Notes: generated by a model not told the origin, from the letters alone. A DNA stretch of 64,000 nucleotides from Pseudomonadota bacterium (GCA_021785515.1 JAJYEX010000004.1:79074-143073), one strand, 5' to 3'. Counted from the first letter of the stretch, positions 10,055-19,855 are shown. Made by a program: numbers and translations.

Positions 10055-10065
10055 GTTCTGGCCGC

Positions 10066-10833
10066 TCAGCGGATGCTGAAAGCCCGGCCGGTGATGCCGC
10101 GGCTGTCCGGCCCCATGAGATAGAGATACGGACCCATCACCTCATCCGGGCGCGGATGCTGGTCAGGAGATTCTCCAGGATAGGCCTGGGCGCGCAACCC
10201 GGTTGCCACCGGACCGGGGTCGAGGCTGTTGAAGCGGATGTGCGTGTTCTGTTCGAGTTCGTCCGCCCAGATCTCCATCAAGCGTTCCAGCGCACCGCCG
10301 GCCGCGGCATACGCGCCCCAGTAGGCGCGCGCCTGGCGTGCGACATCCGATGAGCTGAATATCACAGAGGCGTCGTTCGAACGCCGGAGCAGATCCAGGC
10401 ACAGGCGCGTGATGAGGTATGCCGCATTGAAATTGACCTGCATCACCCGCGTCCACAGCTCGGGGTCGTAGAGTTCGAGCGGGGTCAAGGTTCCCAGTTC
10501 GGCCGCACTGTGCAGGATGCCGTCCAGCCTTCCAAACTCCTTCTCGATCGCGGTCACCATGGCCTCGTAGTCCCTGGCAGTCGCCCGCGCCAGATCCATG
10601 GGTGTGATCGCCGGCTGTGACCCGCCGGCGGCGAGAATCTCGTCGTAAACGTGCTCCAGCTTGGATACCGTGCGCCCGAGAAGTATCACGGTGGCGCCGT
10701 GTCTGGCATAGGCGCGGGCGGCAGCTTGCCCGAGACCGTCCCCCGCGCCGGTTACCAGCACGATGCGGCCGGTCAGCAGGTCGGTGGCCGGATTGTAGGA
10801 AACAGGTGCAGTCAGCGGTTGCGGTGTGGCCAT
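10066..10833 (-). CDS. yciK: YciK-like SDR-family oxidoreductase
   Basis: 255 aa. It has the Rossmann motif VTGAGDGLG and an SDR catalytic region. The N-terminus resembles YciK (LTGRIVLVTGAGDGLGQAAARAYARHGATVILLGR). Confidence 0.8.
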   Translation of the reverse strand: MATPQPLTAPVSYNPATDLLTGRIVLVTGAGDGLGQAAARAYARHGATVILLGRTVSKLEHVYDEILAAGGSQPAITPMDLARATARDYEAMVTAIEKEFGRLDGILHSAAELGTLTPLELYDPELWTRVMQVNFNAAYLITRLCLDLLRRSNDASVIFSSSDVARQARAYWGAYAAAGGALERLMEIWADELEQNTHIRFNSLDPGPVATGLRAQAYPGESPDQHPRPDEVMGPYLYLMGPDSRGITGRAFSIR

Positions 10834-11077
10834 CCGGCGGGCTCAGCGTGAAAGTGTCGCATTGTACCGCAGTCCCCGAAGGCGTGCCCGGCCGCAAGTG
10901 AAACACCCCCCCATCCGTCCGTAGTGCCTGCCGCGATGTCCTAATCGCGTCACCCCGGGTTGCGGGGTGGCCGGTTGCATAAAAGAAGGTTTATAGAAGG
11001 CAGTTAGTTGCTTGCATCGGTGATATATGGAAACGATCGCCGATTTGACAGGTCGATACATATCCGTGCCATTGGGG

Positions 11078-11365
11078 CTAATACTTTGCGTAGTCCCCCG
11101 GCGTCACACCCAGAATGCGCTTGAAGTGGCGCGTGAAATGGCTCTGGTCGCAGAAGCCGAGTTCCCCTGCCACCCAGGCCGCCGACTGCCCGCTTCGCAG
11201 CAGCGTGCGCGCACGCTCGATTTTGAGCTGAAGCTGATAGGCATGCGGCGGCAAGCCGAAGCGGCGTTGAAAAGCGCGCAGAAGCGCAAAGCGCCCCAGC
11301 CCCGCGGCAGCCGCTAGGCCATCGAGGCTCACCGGAGTACGTAGAGGCAACCACCAGTGTGCCAC
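11078..11365 (-). pseudogene. AraC-family HTH domain fragment (C-terminal DNA-binding domain only)
   Basis: The 95-codon ORF encodes only the double-HTH region (LLRAFQRRFGLPPHAYQLQLKIERARTLL...GFCDQSHFTRHFKRILGVTPGDY). It has no ligand/dimerisation domain and only a GTG start. It abuts the RES toxin stop at 11392. Confidence 0.6.
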
Positions 11366-11391
11366 GCCCCCTCAGCGGCGAGATCGGATGG

Positions 11392-11850
11392 TTATAGGAG
11401 GCGCGGATCCAGGATAAGCGGTTCCTGGTGGACAATGCCTATTCCAGTGTGGCCGCTGTGGCCCGGATTGATCAGGACACACTGTTCCTCGGGAATAATT
11501 GCGGATGGAACCAACAACACCCCGGACCGGCTGTCACGCACCCATTTGTCCCCAATGTCCGCCAATGCCCCCGGTGCCGGCGTATGTCGCCAGTTCGACG
11601 GCAATTGGTTTGCGGCCATAGTTTCCACCGGAGCGGCGTCAGGGAGGCGCACCGTGAGCAATACGAGATCGGCCGGTGCGGTATCGGAATCCACGTAAAC
11701 GAGCAGCTCGAGCACTGCCAATGACCGGCTGACAGCCGCATAGACGATCGCATTGCCACGAGAATTCCAGCGTCCGCCATCGCGCCGCGCACCGTCTCCC
11801 GTCAGCGCCTCGCTCACAAATCGCTGGCGCACGATTCGAAAAACATGCAT
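11392..11850 (-). CDS. RES-domain toxin (Xre-RES / MbcT-ParT type)
   Basis: 152 aa with the R-E-S signature context: GGRWNSRGNAIVY, SLAVLELLV, LLVPSAIIPEE..LINP. The start ATG overlaps the antitoxin stop (TGATG). Confidence 0.85.
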   Translation of the reverse strand: MHVFRIVRQRFVSEALTGDGARRDGGRWNSRGNAIVYAAVSRSLAVLELLVYVDSDTAPADLVLLTVRLPDAAPVETMAANQLPSNWRHTPAPGALADIGDKWVRDSRSGVLLVPSAIIPEEQCVLINPGHSGHTGIGIVHQEPLILDPRLL

Positions 11851-12284
11851 CAGCTGAATGTGCCGTGTTCGATACGACCAAGCACCTCCATAACACGTTG
11901 CACACCCAGGTCCGTATCAAACATGGCGTATGGCGGCACCATACCGAGCGCCCTATTCGGGCGCGTCAGCCATGCTCTCGCCTTTTCCGGGCTACCCAGC
12001 GCGTCCTCTGCCCGGGCAACCACTCGCGCGATGCGTACGGCACGGTCCGACTCATCGGGTTTAAAGTAGCGCTCGCCCATCCGCCGGGTAAAGGTGCGGC
12101 TCGACAACGTAATCCACGTCTCGAACAATTCGCGCCTTACTCCAGTGCGACCCATGAGAATGAACACCGATTTGGTAGGAAGCCCTTTGCGCGTGATCTC
12201 CATCAAATCGTCGATATCGTTTATGTCCTTTTTCAGAACGCTACGGCCACCAAGGATATTGGCAATTCGTGTTGCTTCGCTCAT
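11850..12284 (-). CDS. Xre/MbcA/ParS-like antitoxin (DUF2384 toxin-binding domain)
   Basis: 144 aa. The C-terminal block AWLTRPNRALGMVPPYAMFDTDLGVQRVMEVLGRIEHG is typical of DUF2384 antitoxins. It lies immediately upstream of the RES gene. Confidence 0.85.
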   Translation of the reverse strand: MSEATRIANILGGRSVLKKDINDIDDLMEITRKGLPTKSVFILMGRTGVRRELFETWITLSSRTFTRRMGERYFKPDESDRAVRIARVVARAEDALGSPEKARAWLTRPNRALGMVPPYAMFDTDLGVQRVMEVLGRIEHGTFS

Positions 12285-12303
12285 TGGATTCCTTCGTTAA
12301 ATC

Positions 12304-12337
12304 GGCCAGTTGGCCATAAATATAATGCCAATTGGCA
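12304..12337. promoter_or_regulatory. Two operator-like palindromes (GGCCAgtTGGCC and TGCCAATTGGCA) in the divergent TA control region
   Basis: GGCCAGTTGGCC lies at 12304-12315 (5-nt arms). The perfect 12-nt palindrome TGCCAATTGGCA lies at 12326-12337. Both share the core GCCA-N2-TGGC and lie in the AT-rich 160-bp spacer between the two antitoxin genes. Confidence 0.35.
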
Positions 12338-12444
12338 GCATGTACCACAGGGCTTCCATCTTGAAGGCATTGCAGCAAGATCTGTCTAAATGGCCCAGAT
12401 GGGGCTATAATTAGTGCCAAATTAGACATTGTGGTAACTTCTAT

Positions 12445-13026
12445 ATGGCCCACAGTCATGAAAAATCGAGAACGCAATCGAAGGCGCGGCCGGAGCGGAA
12501 GCCATTGACTGCGCCTGAACTGGAGTTCGCGATCCAACACACCGTCCCGCGGCACATACAAGCCATTGCCTTTAATGTTGAGGAAGGAGTCGATTCGTTC
12601 TCGTACAGAATCTCAGTGGCTGCGCCGACTGAGGTAATCACGCTTGAGCGTGAGGGCGTAAACAGCGCTCTTATCAAAGCGCTCGCCGCTCGAATGGAGA
12701 TCTCATCGACCCGGCTCATCCGAATATTGGGTATTCCAAAGTCTTCCGCGGAGCGCCAAATCGCCGCCGGCAAGGTCATCAGGGGCTGCGGTGGGCAGGC
12801 CGCGATCGCCATGGTGAAGTTGCTTGGTATTGCAAAGGAGATCGTGGAGCGGAGTACCGCGCCCGAGGCGAAGGATTTCGACGCAGCCCGCTGGCTTGGC
12901 CAATGGATTGAACGCCCGCAGCCGGCGCTCGGCGGCGCCAAGCCTGCAGATTTCCTCGATACACCGACCGGCGTGGAGATCGTCACGCGATTGCTTCGCT
13001 CGATAGAGAGCGGTTCGTATCAATGA
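12445..13026 (+). CDS. Xre/MbcA/ParS-like antitoxin (DUF2384), long form
   Basis: 193 aa. The C-terminal block ARWLGQWIERPQPALGGAKPADFLDTPTGVEIVTRLLRSIESG fits DUF2384. Its stop overlaps the RES start (ATGA). Confidence 0.8.
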   Translation: MAHSHEKSRTQSKARPERKPLTAPELEFAIQHTVPRHIQAIAFNVEEGVDSFSYRISVAAPTEVITLEREGVNSALIKALAARMEISSTRLIRILGIPKSSAERQIAAGKVIRGCGGQAAIAMVKLLGIAKEIVERSTAPEAKDFDAARWLGQWIERPQPALGGAKPADFLDTPTGVEIVTRLLRSIESGSYQ

Positions 13027-13532
13027 GGCTGTGGCGTATCGCCACCGAGACGCGCGACTACAAAGCAACAGATTTAAGCGGTGCGGGGTCCGCCAAAGCA
13101 CCCGGGCGCTGGAATAATGAAAATCAGCCCGTGGTGTACTGCTCCACGTCGATCGCGCTTGCCGTCCTCGAGACCGCAGCCCATGTCGACACGACCGGGC
13201 TGCCGCTCAACCGGTTTCTGGTGGAAATCGCCGTGCCGGACAGCGTCTGGGACAAGCGTCAAGAATTCAACCCCGCTGAGCTCCCGGCAACATGGTGCGC
13301 TATCCCCGCCGGAGCCGGCAGCGTCGCAGAGGGTTCCGGCTGGCTGGCGTCGAATGACTCTCTGCTCCTGTTGGTGCCATCCGTGATTGTCCCGGAAGAA
13401 CGCAACGCCCTGATCAATCCTCGACATCCGGACGCCTTGCAGATCAACGCCCGGGTTGCCCGCCCTTTCGAATACGATCGCCTGTTCCGGCCTGCGGCCG
13501 CGGGCGGGGCCGCACTAATTGGGGCGCCATGA
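13023..13532 (+). CDS. RES-domain toxin, second copy (diverged paralog)
   Basis: 169 aa with PGRWNNENQPVVY, ALAVLETAAH and LLVPSVIVPEERNALINP. Confidence 0.85.
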   Translation: MRLWRIATETRDYKATDLSGAGSAKAPGRWNNENQPVVYCSTSIALAVLETAAHVDTTGLPLNRFLVEIAVPDSVWDKRQEFNPAELPATWCAIPAGAGSVAEGSGWLASNDSLLLLVPSVIVPEERNALINPRHPDALQINARVARPFEYDRLFRPAAAGGAALIGAP

Positions 13533-13834
13533 GGCCCGAGCCCTCGTTACACGGTGAGTGTCCCGGTTCAACCACCATCGTCGTCTCGAATCGATCGGGC
13601 ATATCGCGCTGGCAGAAGCTGAGGCAAACCGTTGCCGGCAACTTGGTGCTCAGGCCATAGTAGTGACCTGACTCAAATCAAACTGTCTCTGCGATATTCG
13701 GGGCCGAGGCGGCTTTCTGTTCTCGAAACCCGTCTTTCTTGGGCCAGGCGATAAAAAAGCGTTAACAACCTGTGGATTTTACGGAACTTTATAGTGGATC
13801 ATAAGTGTCTCATTCGTATGAATGGAGGCGAGCG

Positions 13835-14062
13835 ATGGGCAGATTTGTGCTCGGAGTGGTGATCGGAGGGGCGGCCGCGTTTGTGCTTGGATACAATTTC
13901 GGGCGTGGGGTCGCGCCGCTGACGAACCCGCTCGCGACGCGGACGGCGTTGTCTGTCCAGCTGAAGCGGCAGGCGGGTGAGTTCTTTGACTCCGCCAGGG
14001 CTGCGATCCACAAGGCGACGGCACCGCCGCGCCGCCCCGCAGCGAAGCCGCCAGAGCGCTGA
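13835..14062 (+). CDS. Small hypothetical membrane-anchored protein
   Basis: The ATG at 13835 is preceded by GGAGG. The product is MGRFVLGVVIGGAAAFVLGYNFG..., with one N-terminal TM helix and a Pro/Ala-rich tail. The ORF track extends it to 13805. Confidence 0.45.
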   Translation: MGRFVLGVVIGGAAAFVLGYNFGRGVAPLTNPLATRTALSVQLKRQAGEFFDSARAAIHKATAPPRRPAAKPPER

Positions 14063-14083
14063 CCGGCGACCGCCAGGCGGCAC

Positions 14084-15052
14084 TCAGGCGAAGCTTGTTT
14101 TGCCTTCGTCGTTGACGCAGATGCGGTTGCGGCCTTGGTTTTTCGCGAGATACAGACGGCGATCGGCCACCGCCAGCAGTTCATCGAAGCTGTCGACACT
14201 CTCGGCGCTGAAGGTTGCCATTCCTATGCTCACCGTGACGCGGATGCGGGTGTCGGCGGCCGTTATCTCCGCCTTTTCGATGCGTGCGCGCACCCGTTCC
14301 GCCAGCACCGCGGCGCCGAGACGGTTCGTTTCGGGCAGCAGCGCGGCAAACTCCTCGCCGCCGATGCGTCCCACGACGTCGCCGTTGCGCACGATCCCGG
14401 CCAGCAGGGTCGCGACCTTGAGCAGCACTTCGTCGCCTGCCTGATGTCCGAAACGATCGTTGACCTGCTTGAAATGGTCAATGTCGATCAGCAGGACCGA
14501 CAGCTCGCCCAGGTAGCGCTTGACGGCGGAGATGTGTTGCGCACCCTGGTCATAGAAGCTGCGCCGGTTGCGCAACCGCGTCAGCGGGTCCGTGCTTGCC
14601 TGCTCAGCCAGGGCGCGACGGCTCTCCTCGAGCTCGCGGATTGTGCGCGTGAGCTTGTAGTGTACGTTGACCCGTGCCTGGAGCTCCATGACATCGACCG
14701 GTTTCATGAGAAAGTCGTTGGCACCGTTCAGAAAGGCCAGATTCTTGTCGACACTGTCATTGGCTGCGGTCATGACGATGACCGGTATGTTCGCGATGCG
14801 GGGCATCTGACTCTTGCGTATTTTTACCAGTAACTGCTGCCCCGTCAGGCGCGGCATGTTGACGTCGGTGATGACGACGTCTATGCGCTCGTCGGCCAGC
14901 AGGATCTGCCAGGCTTCCTCGCCATCTCTCGCCTCAATGAGTTCGTAGTTCTCGGAGAGATTCTTGAGTAGCATCGCCTTCGAGGTCTGGGAGTCCTCTG
15001 CGAGCAGAATGCGGGGCCGGGTACGGGTGCCCGAGAAATCTTCTTCCACCAT
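14084..15052 (-). CDS. Response regulator with GGDEF output domain (diguanylate cyclase)
   Basis: 322 aa with an N-terminal receiver (ILLAEDSQ...DVVITDVNMP...KP) followed by GGDEF (RIGGEEFAALLP) and the C-terminal ADRRLYLAKNQGRNR. Confidence 0.85.
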   Translation of the reverse strand: MVEEDFSGTRTRPRILLAEDSQTSKAMLLKNLSENYELIEARDGEEAWQILLADERIDVVITDVNMPRLTGQQLLVKIRKSQMPRIANIPVIVMTAANDSVDKNLAFLNGANDFLMKPVDVMELQARVNVHYKLTRTIRELEESRRALAEQASTDPLTRLRNRRSFYDQGAQHISAVKRYLGELSVLLIDIDHFKQVNDRFGHQAGDEVLLKVATLLAGIVRNGDVVGRIGGEEFAALLPETNRLGAAVLAERVRARIEKAEITAADTRIRVTVSIGMATFSAESVDSFDELLAVADRRLYLAKNQGRNRICVNDEGKTSFA

Positions 15053-15165
15053 GGGTTGTACTTGGCGCGTAGGTCTTCGTCCGGGTCGAAATAATACCGA
15101 TATTACTTAATATAGCATTCCCCGGCGCGTGCACCGAAATGGGATTCTGACCGGTACGCGGGCCC

Positions 15166-16410
15166 TCAGGTCCGGTCGTCACCGCCCTGGCGTTCGACCC
15201 GACGCGCGGCTTTGCTGACCGGTTCAAGCGGTTCGACGGCCTTTTTTGCGCTCACGCCCATTTCGGCGAACTTCCGCGCCCCTGGCATCAGCTTGCTCTC
15301 GAATGAGCCGACGGCCTGGTTGTAATGCCCGACGCTGTTGTCCAGGCTGGCGCCCAGCCGTGCAAGGTGTTCGCTGAAGGTGGCAAGGCGCGCGTACAGT
15401 TCCTCGCCGGCATCGCGGATCTGTGCGGCGTTGGCGGCCAGCATCTGCTGTCGCCAGCCGTAGGCGACCGCGCGCAACAGTGCGACGAAGCTCGTCGGGG
15501 TCGCCAGAATCACCTTCTGGCGCAGCGCATCCTCCAGCAGGTCGCGGTCGATGTCGAGCGCCGCGCTGAGAAATTGCTCGCCGGGAATGAACAGCACGAC
15601 GAAATCCGGCGCGTTGCGGAACTGACTCCAGTACGCCTTGCGCGAAAGTTCAGTCACGCGCTCCCGAACCTTGCGCGCATGGTGTTCAAGGTGGCGGGCG
15701 CGTTCAGCATCGTCGGATGCTTCCATGGCATTCAGGTAGGCATCGAGCGGAGTTTTCACGTCCACCACGATGTCACGGCCATCCGGAAGACGCACGATCA
15801 TGTCCGGCCGCAGCAGGCCGTCATCGGTGCTTACCGATTCCTGCGGGCTGAAATCGCAGTGTTCCACCATGCCCGCGAGTTCGGTCAGGCGCTTGAGCGT
15901 CAACTCGCCCCACTTGCCGCGCACCTCCGGGCGGCGCAGCGATTTCACCAGGTTCTGGGTCTCGGCCCGTAGCTGGTCCTGGGTCTGCGCCATGGTCTCG
16001 AGGTGGCGGGTGAGCGCCCCATAGGCTTCCTTGCGTGCGTTTTCCATAAGCTGGATCTGCTGTTCCGTCTTATGCAGGGCTTCGCGAATCGGACCCACCA
16101 GGGATTCCACCGCTTTTTCCTTCCGGTCCAGGTCCGCCACCGCCTGCACCTGGTGGCGCTTGAGCGTTTCCTCCGCGAGCTGCAGAAAAGCCTGGTTGTT
16201 GCGCTGCAGCGCCTCGTGGGAGAGCGCGCTGAAGGTGCGCTCCAGTCCCTGCAGGCGTTCGTTGGCCTGGCGCCGCTCCAGGTCCAGGGTGGTCGACAGC
16301 TCGGCGATACGCTTCTGGCTGCGCGTCCGTGCAAGCAGCCAGCCGAATGCGCCGGCCACCACGGCCACCAGGCCGAGCAACGCCAGCTGGCCAGGATCAG
16401 CGATGGTCAT
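15166..16410 (-). CDS. rmuC: DNA recombination protein RmuC
   Basis: ORF 15166..16656. The start is chosen at ATG 16410 ([22 protein letters not shown] anchor). It has a coiled-coil and an RmuC nuclease-like C-terminus. The start overlaps the gph stop by 14 nt. Confidence 0.85.
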   Translation of the reverse strand: MTIADPGQLALLGLVAVVAGAFGWLLARTRSQKRIAELSTTLDLERRQANERLQGLERTFSALSHEALQRNNQAFLQLAEETLKRHQVQAVADLDRKEKAVESLVGPIREALHKTEQQIQLMENARKEAYGALTRHLETMAQTQDQLRAETQNLVKSLRRPEVRGKWGELTLKRLTELAGMVEHCDFSPQESVSTDDGLLRPDMIVRLPDGRDIVVDVKTPLDAYLNAMEASDDAERARHLEHHARKVRERVTELSRKAYWSQFRNAPDFVVLFIPGEQFLSAALDIDRDLLEDALRQKVILATPTSFVALLRAVAYGWRQQMLAANAAQIRDAGEELYARLATFSEHLARLGASLDNSVGHYNQAVGSFESKLMPGARKFAEMGVSAKKAVEPLEPVSKAARRVERQGGDDRT

Positions 16411-17059
16411 CGATCCACTCCAGGATTTCTCCGGGGTTGCCCACCAGGGCATCCGCCCCCCAGTCCGCCGGTTGATCGCCGGGACGGAGGTAGCCGAATG
16501 TGGCGACCAGGGTGCGCATGCCGGCAAGTCTGCCGGCCTCGATATCGCGCGCGGCGTCGCCGACGTACACGCATGCCGCCGGTGTGGCACGGCATTGCGT
16601 GCAGGCGTGGAGAAGGGGGGCAGGATGGGGTTTCGCTTTGGCCGTGGTGTCACCACTGACCACGCAGGCTGCGGCCCCGAGGCCCAGAGCCTGCACCAGA
16701 GGTTCGGTCAGAAAGGCAGGCTTGTTGGTCACGATACCCCAGCTGAGCTGTCGGTCGGCAAGCTCCGACAGCAGTTCGCGGACACCCGCAAACAGCCGCG
16801 TCTCGCGGCACAGGTTTGCTTCGTACAGATCTAGAAAGCGCTGACGCAGCGTTGTGTAGTTCTCATCTTCCGCAGTCACGCCGAAGCCGACGCGCAAAAG
16901 CGCGCGCGCTCCGTGCGAGGCCTCGGGACGAAGCCGGTCGTAGGGCAGCGGAGCGCGGCCGTGTTCGGCGAGCAGCGCGTTAAGGGCAAACGCCAGATCC
17001 GGAGCAGTATCGGCAAGGGTCCCGTCAAGATCGAACAGGACAGTACGCAGCTCAGTCAT
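16397..17059 (-). CDS. gph: Phosphoglycolate phosphatase (HAD superfamily)
   Basis: 220 aa with the HAD motif [13 protein letters not shown]. It lies in the conserved ubiG-gph pair, with an 8-nt overlap with ubiG. Confidence 0.85.
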   Translation of the reverse strand: MTELRTVLFDLDGTLADTAPDLAFALNALLAEHGRAPLPYDRLRPEASHGARALLRVGFGVTAEDENYTTLRQRFLDLYEANLCRETRLFAGVRELLSELADRQLSWGIVTNKPAFLTEPLVQALGLGAAACVVSGDTTAKAKPHPAPLLHACTQCRATPAACVYVGDAARDIEAGRLAGMRTLVATFGYLRPGDQPADWGADALVGNPGEILEWIDDHR

Positions 17060-17765
17060 CCGGCTTTTCGCACCAGGCCAGGTAGTTGACGTCCACCCCC
17101 GGTCCGAGCGTGTAGCGGGCAGTCAGAGGATAGTAGTGCATGCCGGTCAGGCCGCGCAGATCGAGACCGGCGTGACGGCACATGTCCTGCAGTTCGGACG
17201 GCCTGATGAATTTGAGGTAATCATGGGTGCCGCGCGGCAGCAGGTGCAGCAGGTATTCCGCGCCGACGATGGCGAAAAGCCAGGACTTGGGATTGCGGTT
17301 GATGGTCGAGAAGAATGCCTGCCCTCCCGGCCGGAGCAGGCGCGCGCAGGCGGCGACCGCAGACGCCGGGTCGGGCACGTGCTCGAGCATCTCCATGCAG
17401 GTCACCACATCGAAGGACTGTGGCCGCTGTGCTGCCAGGTCCTCGACTGCCATACGGCGGTAGTCGACGGTGCGGCCGGTCTCCTTCAGATGCAGCCGTG
17501 CCACCGCGAGCGGCCCCTCGCCCATGTCTATTCCCGTGACCTGGGCACCGAGTTCCGCCATGCTCTCCGCCAGAATGCCGCCACCGCAACCGACATCGAG
17601 CACGGTCTTGCCGCGCAGCGCCGCGCGCTCGTCAATGAACCGCAAGCGCAGCGGATTGATGTCGTGCAGCGGTTTGAACTCGCTGTCCGGATCCCACCAG
17701 CGCGCAGCCAGCTTCTCGAACTTGGCGATCTCGGATTCGTCGACGTTATGGACGGTGGCTGTCAT
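17052..17765 (-). CDS. ubiG: Ubiquinone biosynthesis O-methyltransferase UbiG
   Basis: 237 aa with [22 protein letters not shown] and the SAM motif [13 protein letters not shown]. Confidence 0.9.
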   Translation of the reverse strand: MTATVHNVDESEIAKFEKLAARWWDPDSEFKPLHDINPLRLRFIDERAALRGKTVLDVGCGGGILAESMAELGAQVTGIDMGEGPLAVARLHLKETGRTVDYRRMAVEDLAAQRPQSFDVVTCMEMLEHVPDPASAVAACARLLRPGGQAFFSTINRNPKSWLFAIVGAEYLLHLLPRGTHDYLKFIRPSELQDMCRHAGLDLRGLTGMHYYPLTARYTLGPGVDVNYLAWCEKPDD

Positions 17766-17835
17766 GGATGCTCGGGTCGAAAATCGGGTATCGTCCTGGC
17801 GCCTGAGCCTGCCGGCGAAAATCCGGTCGGCACGT

Positions 17836-19158
17836 TCACGGGCCGGGTTGCCGGCCTATTCTATCACCCCAGTCGCGCGCGCGGTGCAGAATTTCCGACT
17901 CGTCCAGGGATGTCAGCCGCCCGCCGTTCAGCAGCCGCCGGCCCGCCACCCAGACGTCGGTGACCTGCTCGCGGCTGGCGGTGTAAACGATCTGCGACAC
18001 GGGATCGTAGACCGGCTGGCTCGAAAGGCGCGTGAGGTCGATGGCGACGAGATCCGCGTACTTGCCGTGGCTGATGGATCCGGTCACGGATTCCAGTCCC
18101 AGGGCGCGTGCACCGTTGAGTGTCGCCATGCGCAGGGCCTGGCTGGCCGGTAGTGCCGTGGCATCCGCACTCACCGCCTTGGCCAGCAGTGCCGCCGTGC
18201 GCATTTCGCCGAGCATGTCGAGGTCATTGTTGCTGGCCGCGCCGTCGGTGCCGAGTGCTACGTTGACGCCCGCCTGCAGCAGCGCAGACACCGGACAGAA
18301 ACCGCTGGCAAGTTTCATATTGGATTCGGGGCAGTGAACAACGCTGACTCCGGTGCGCGCCAGCAATGCGATCTCCTCCGGCAGCAGCTGTGTCATGTGG
18401 ACGGCAACCAGGTTCGGTCCGAGGAGATCCAGCTCCTGCAGCCGTGCGAGCGGCCGCCGGCCGGTGCTGACCAGTGCATCCTCGACCTCGTGAGCGGTTT
18501 CGTGGATGTGCATGTGCACCGGAAGACCGAGTTCAGCATTCAGGGTGCGGACCCGGGCGAGCGGTTCGTCGGACACCGAATAGGGCGCATGCGGGGCGAA
18601 GGCCACCGTGACCAGTTCGTTTCCGCGCAGTTCGTCGTGCAATCGAAGACCCTTGTCCAGGTAGCCGGCTGCAGAGTCGGCGTAGGCACTCGGGAAATCG
18701 ATGAGGATCATGCCCAGACAGGCACGCATGCCGGCTCTGCGTACCACAGGCGCGCAGCTTTCGGGAAAGAAGTACATGTCGCTAAAGCAGGTGGTGCCGC
18801 CCTTGAGCATTTCAGCGACGGCGAGCTGCGCTCCGTCACTTACAAACTGCGGTGACACCCAGCGGCTCTCGGCGGGCCAGATATGGTTCTTGAGCCACTC
18901 CATGAGCGGCAGGTCGTCGGCCAGTCCGCGGAACAGTCCCATGGCCGCGTGCGTGTGGGCATTGATCAGCCCGGGTATCAGAGCCTGGTCGGGGAGGTCC
19001 ACCGTCTGCTGTGCCTTGTAGCCCGTGGCCGCCACCGCCGTGGGCAGGACCTCCAGGATGCGTCCCTGGTGGATGGCGACGCTGTGGTGCGCAAGACAGC
19101 CGTCGGGTTCCACAGGTATCACCCAGCGTGCATTGATCAGCAGTTCGATGTCGGTCAC
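17836..19158 (-). CDS. mtaD: TRZ/ATZ-family amidohydrolase, probable 5-methylthioadenosine/S-adenosylhomocysteine deaminase
   Basis: 440 aa with amidohydrolase metal motifs ([29 protein letters not shown]). Confidence 0.8.
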   Translation of the reverse strand: MTDIELLINARWVIPVEPDGCLAHHSVAIHQGRILEVLPTAVAATGYKAQQTVDLPDQALIPGLINAHTHAAMGLFRGLADDLPLMEWLKNHIWPAESRWVSPQFVSDGAQLAVAEMLKGGTTCFSDMYFFPESCAPVVRRAGMRACLGMILIDFPSAYADSAAGYLDKGLRLHDELRGNELVTVAFAPHAPYSVSDEPLARVRTLNAELGLPVHMHIHETAHEVEDALVSTGRRPLARLQELDLLGPNLVAVHMTQLLPEEIALLARTGVSVVHCPESNMKLASGFCPVSALLQAGVNVALGTDGAASNNDLDMLGEMRTAALLAKAVSADATALPASQALRMATLNGARALGLESVTGSISHGKYADLVAIDLTRLSSQPVYDPVSQIVYTASREQVTDVWVAGRRLLNGGRLTSLDESEILHRARDWGDRIGRQPGP

Positions 19159-19565
19159 AGAGTCCTCAGGCCGGTTTGGGTACTGCGCGCAGTATAGTGC
19201 AGGCCCGCACCGCAGAGGACCGTTCAGCGGTCCGCGGCCCCGGTGCGCGGTGAGGGCGGTGGGGTACCCGCGGTGGGATCGGGGTGAATCGGCTATCGAA
19301 GGTCAGGCTCAACCCGGTCATGGTGCGGCCGCTGATTGGGTGGGGTGGTTCTATTAATTACTATTAAAAAACAATAATATGTGATATATATGTCGCTTGA
19401 ATTCTTATATCCGGCTTTGTCTTAGGACGCGCGTTCTGTCGGCCACGTGACCGGCCAGGTGCAGCCCTTCTGGTATGATCGCGAACGCTTTGCCTGACCT
19501 TGGGGCGGGTGTTCGGGGAGCCGACATTCCGGAATCGGCCAAGGTCGAAAAAAAATGAAAAAAAA

Positions 19566-19694
19566 ATGAAAAATAAACTCAAATACGCATTGTTTGGACT
19601 GCTCGTCGTCTCGATTGCCACCGCTTTCATTAACGCCGTCCGGTTTGCGGCCCGGGCGATAACGGGCGCTTCGGTTATCTACGCCGTCATCTGA
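19566..19694 (+). CDS. Candidate 42-aa small membrane peptide
   Basis: The first ATG in frame within ORF 19500..19694 gives MKNKLKYALFGLLVVSIATAFINAVRFAARAITGASVIYAVI. It has a Lys-rich N-terminus plus a hydrophobic helix. It is preceded by an A-run rather than a clear SD and sits next to a strongly AT-rich patch. Confidence 0.3.
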   Translation: MKNKLKYALFGLLVVSIATAFINAVRFAARAITGASVIYAVI

Positions 19695-19765
19695 ATTGTG
19701 GATACGGTGATTACCACCCTCTTCGCAACGAAGTTTGGTTGACTCTTTGCGAGTTAGGAAAGCAG

Positions 19766-19855
19766 ATGCAAAAGATCCTGATCATCATCCCTTCCGAAAG
19801 CGGCGGGAACATGATTCACTGGCCCAACCGAAAGCAAGAGTTTTTCAGGGGGTAA
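19766..19855 (+). CDS. Candidate 29-codon upstream ORF translationally coupled to mtnA
   Basis: My own reading. AGGAA lies 6 nt upstream of ATG 19766. The product is [29 protein letters not shown]. The stop TAA 19853-19855 overlaps the mtnA ATG 19855-19857 (TAATG). Confidence 0.25.
   Translation: MQKILIIIPSESGGNMIHWPNRKQEFFRG

Noticed and set aside
17456-17467. Second ops-like hit GGCGGTAGTCGA. Another, GGCGGTAGTGGA, lies at 37037-37048.
   Set aside because: Both match only the first 8 nt and lack TG at positions 11-12. One is antisense inside ubiG and the other is inside the rpsA coding sequence.
19364-19630. 88-aa minus-strand ORF across the AT-rich patch
   Set aside because: The product is low-complexity (FFIFFSFFF, poly-basic). 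It spans an obvious intergenic AT-rich region and has no RBS.
19700-19855. SAM/SAH-type riboswitch upstream of mtnA
   Set aside because: A few short strings (CACUGG, AAAGCA) vaguely recall SAM-II. I cannot build the pseudoknot, and the segment is better explained by a short ORF with its own RBS.
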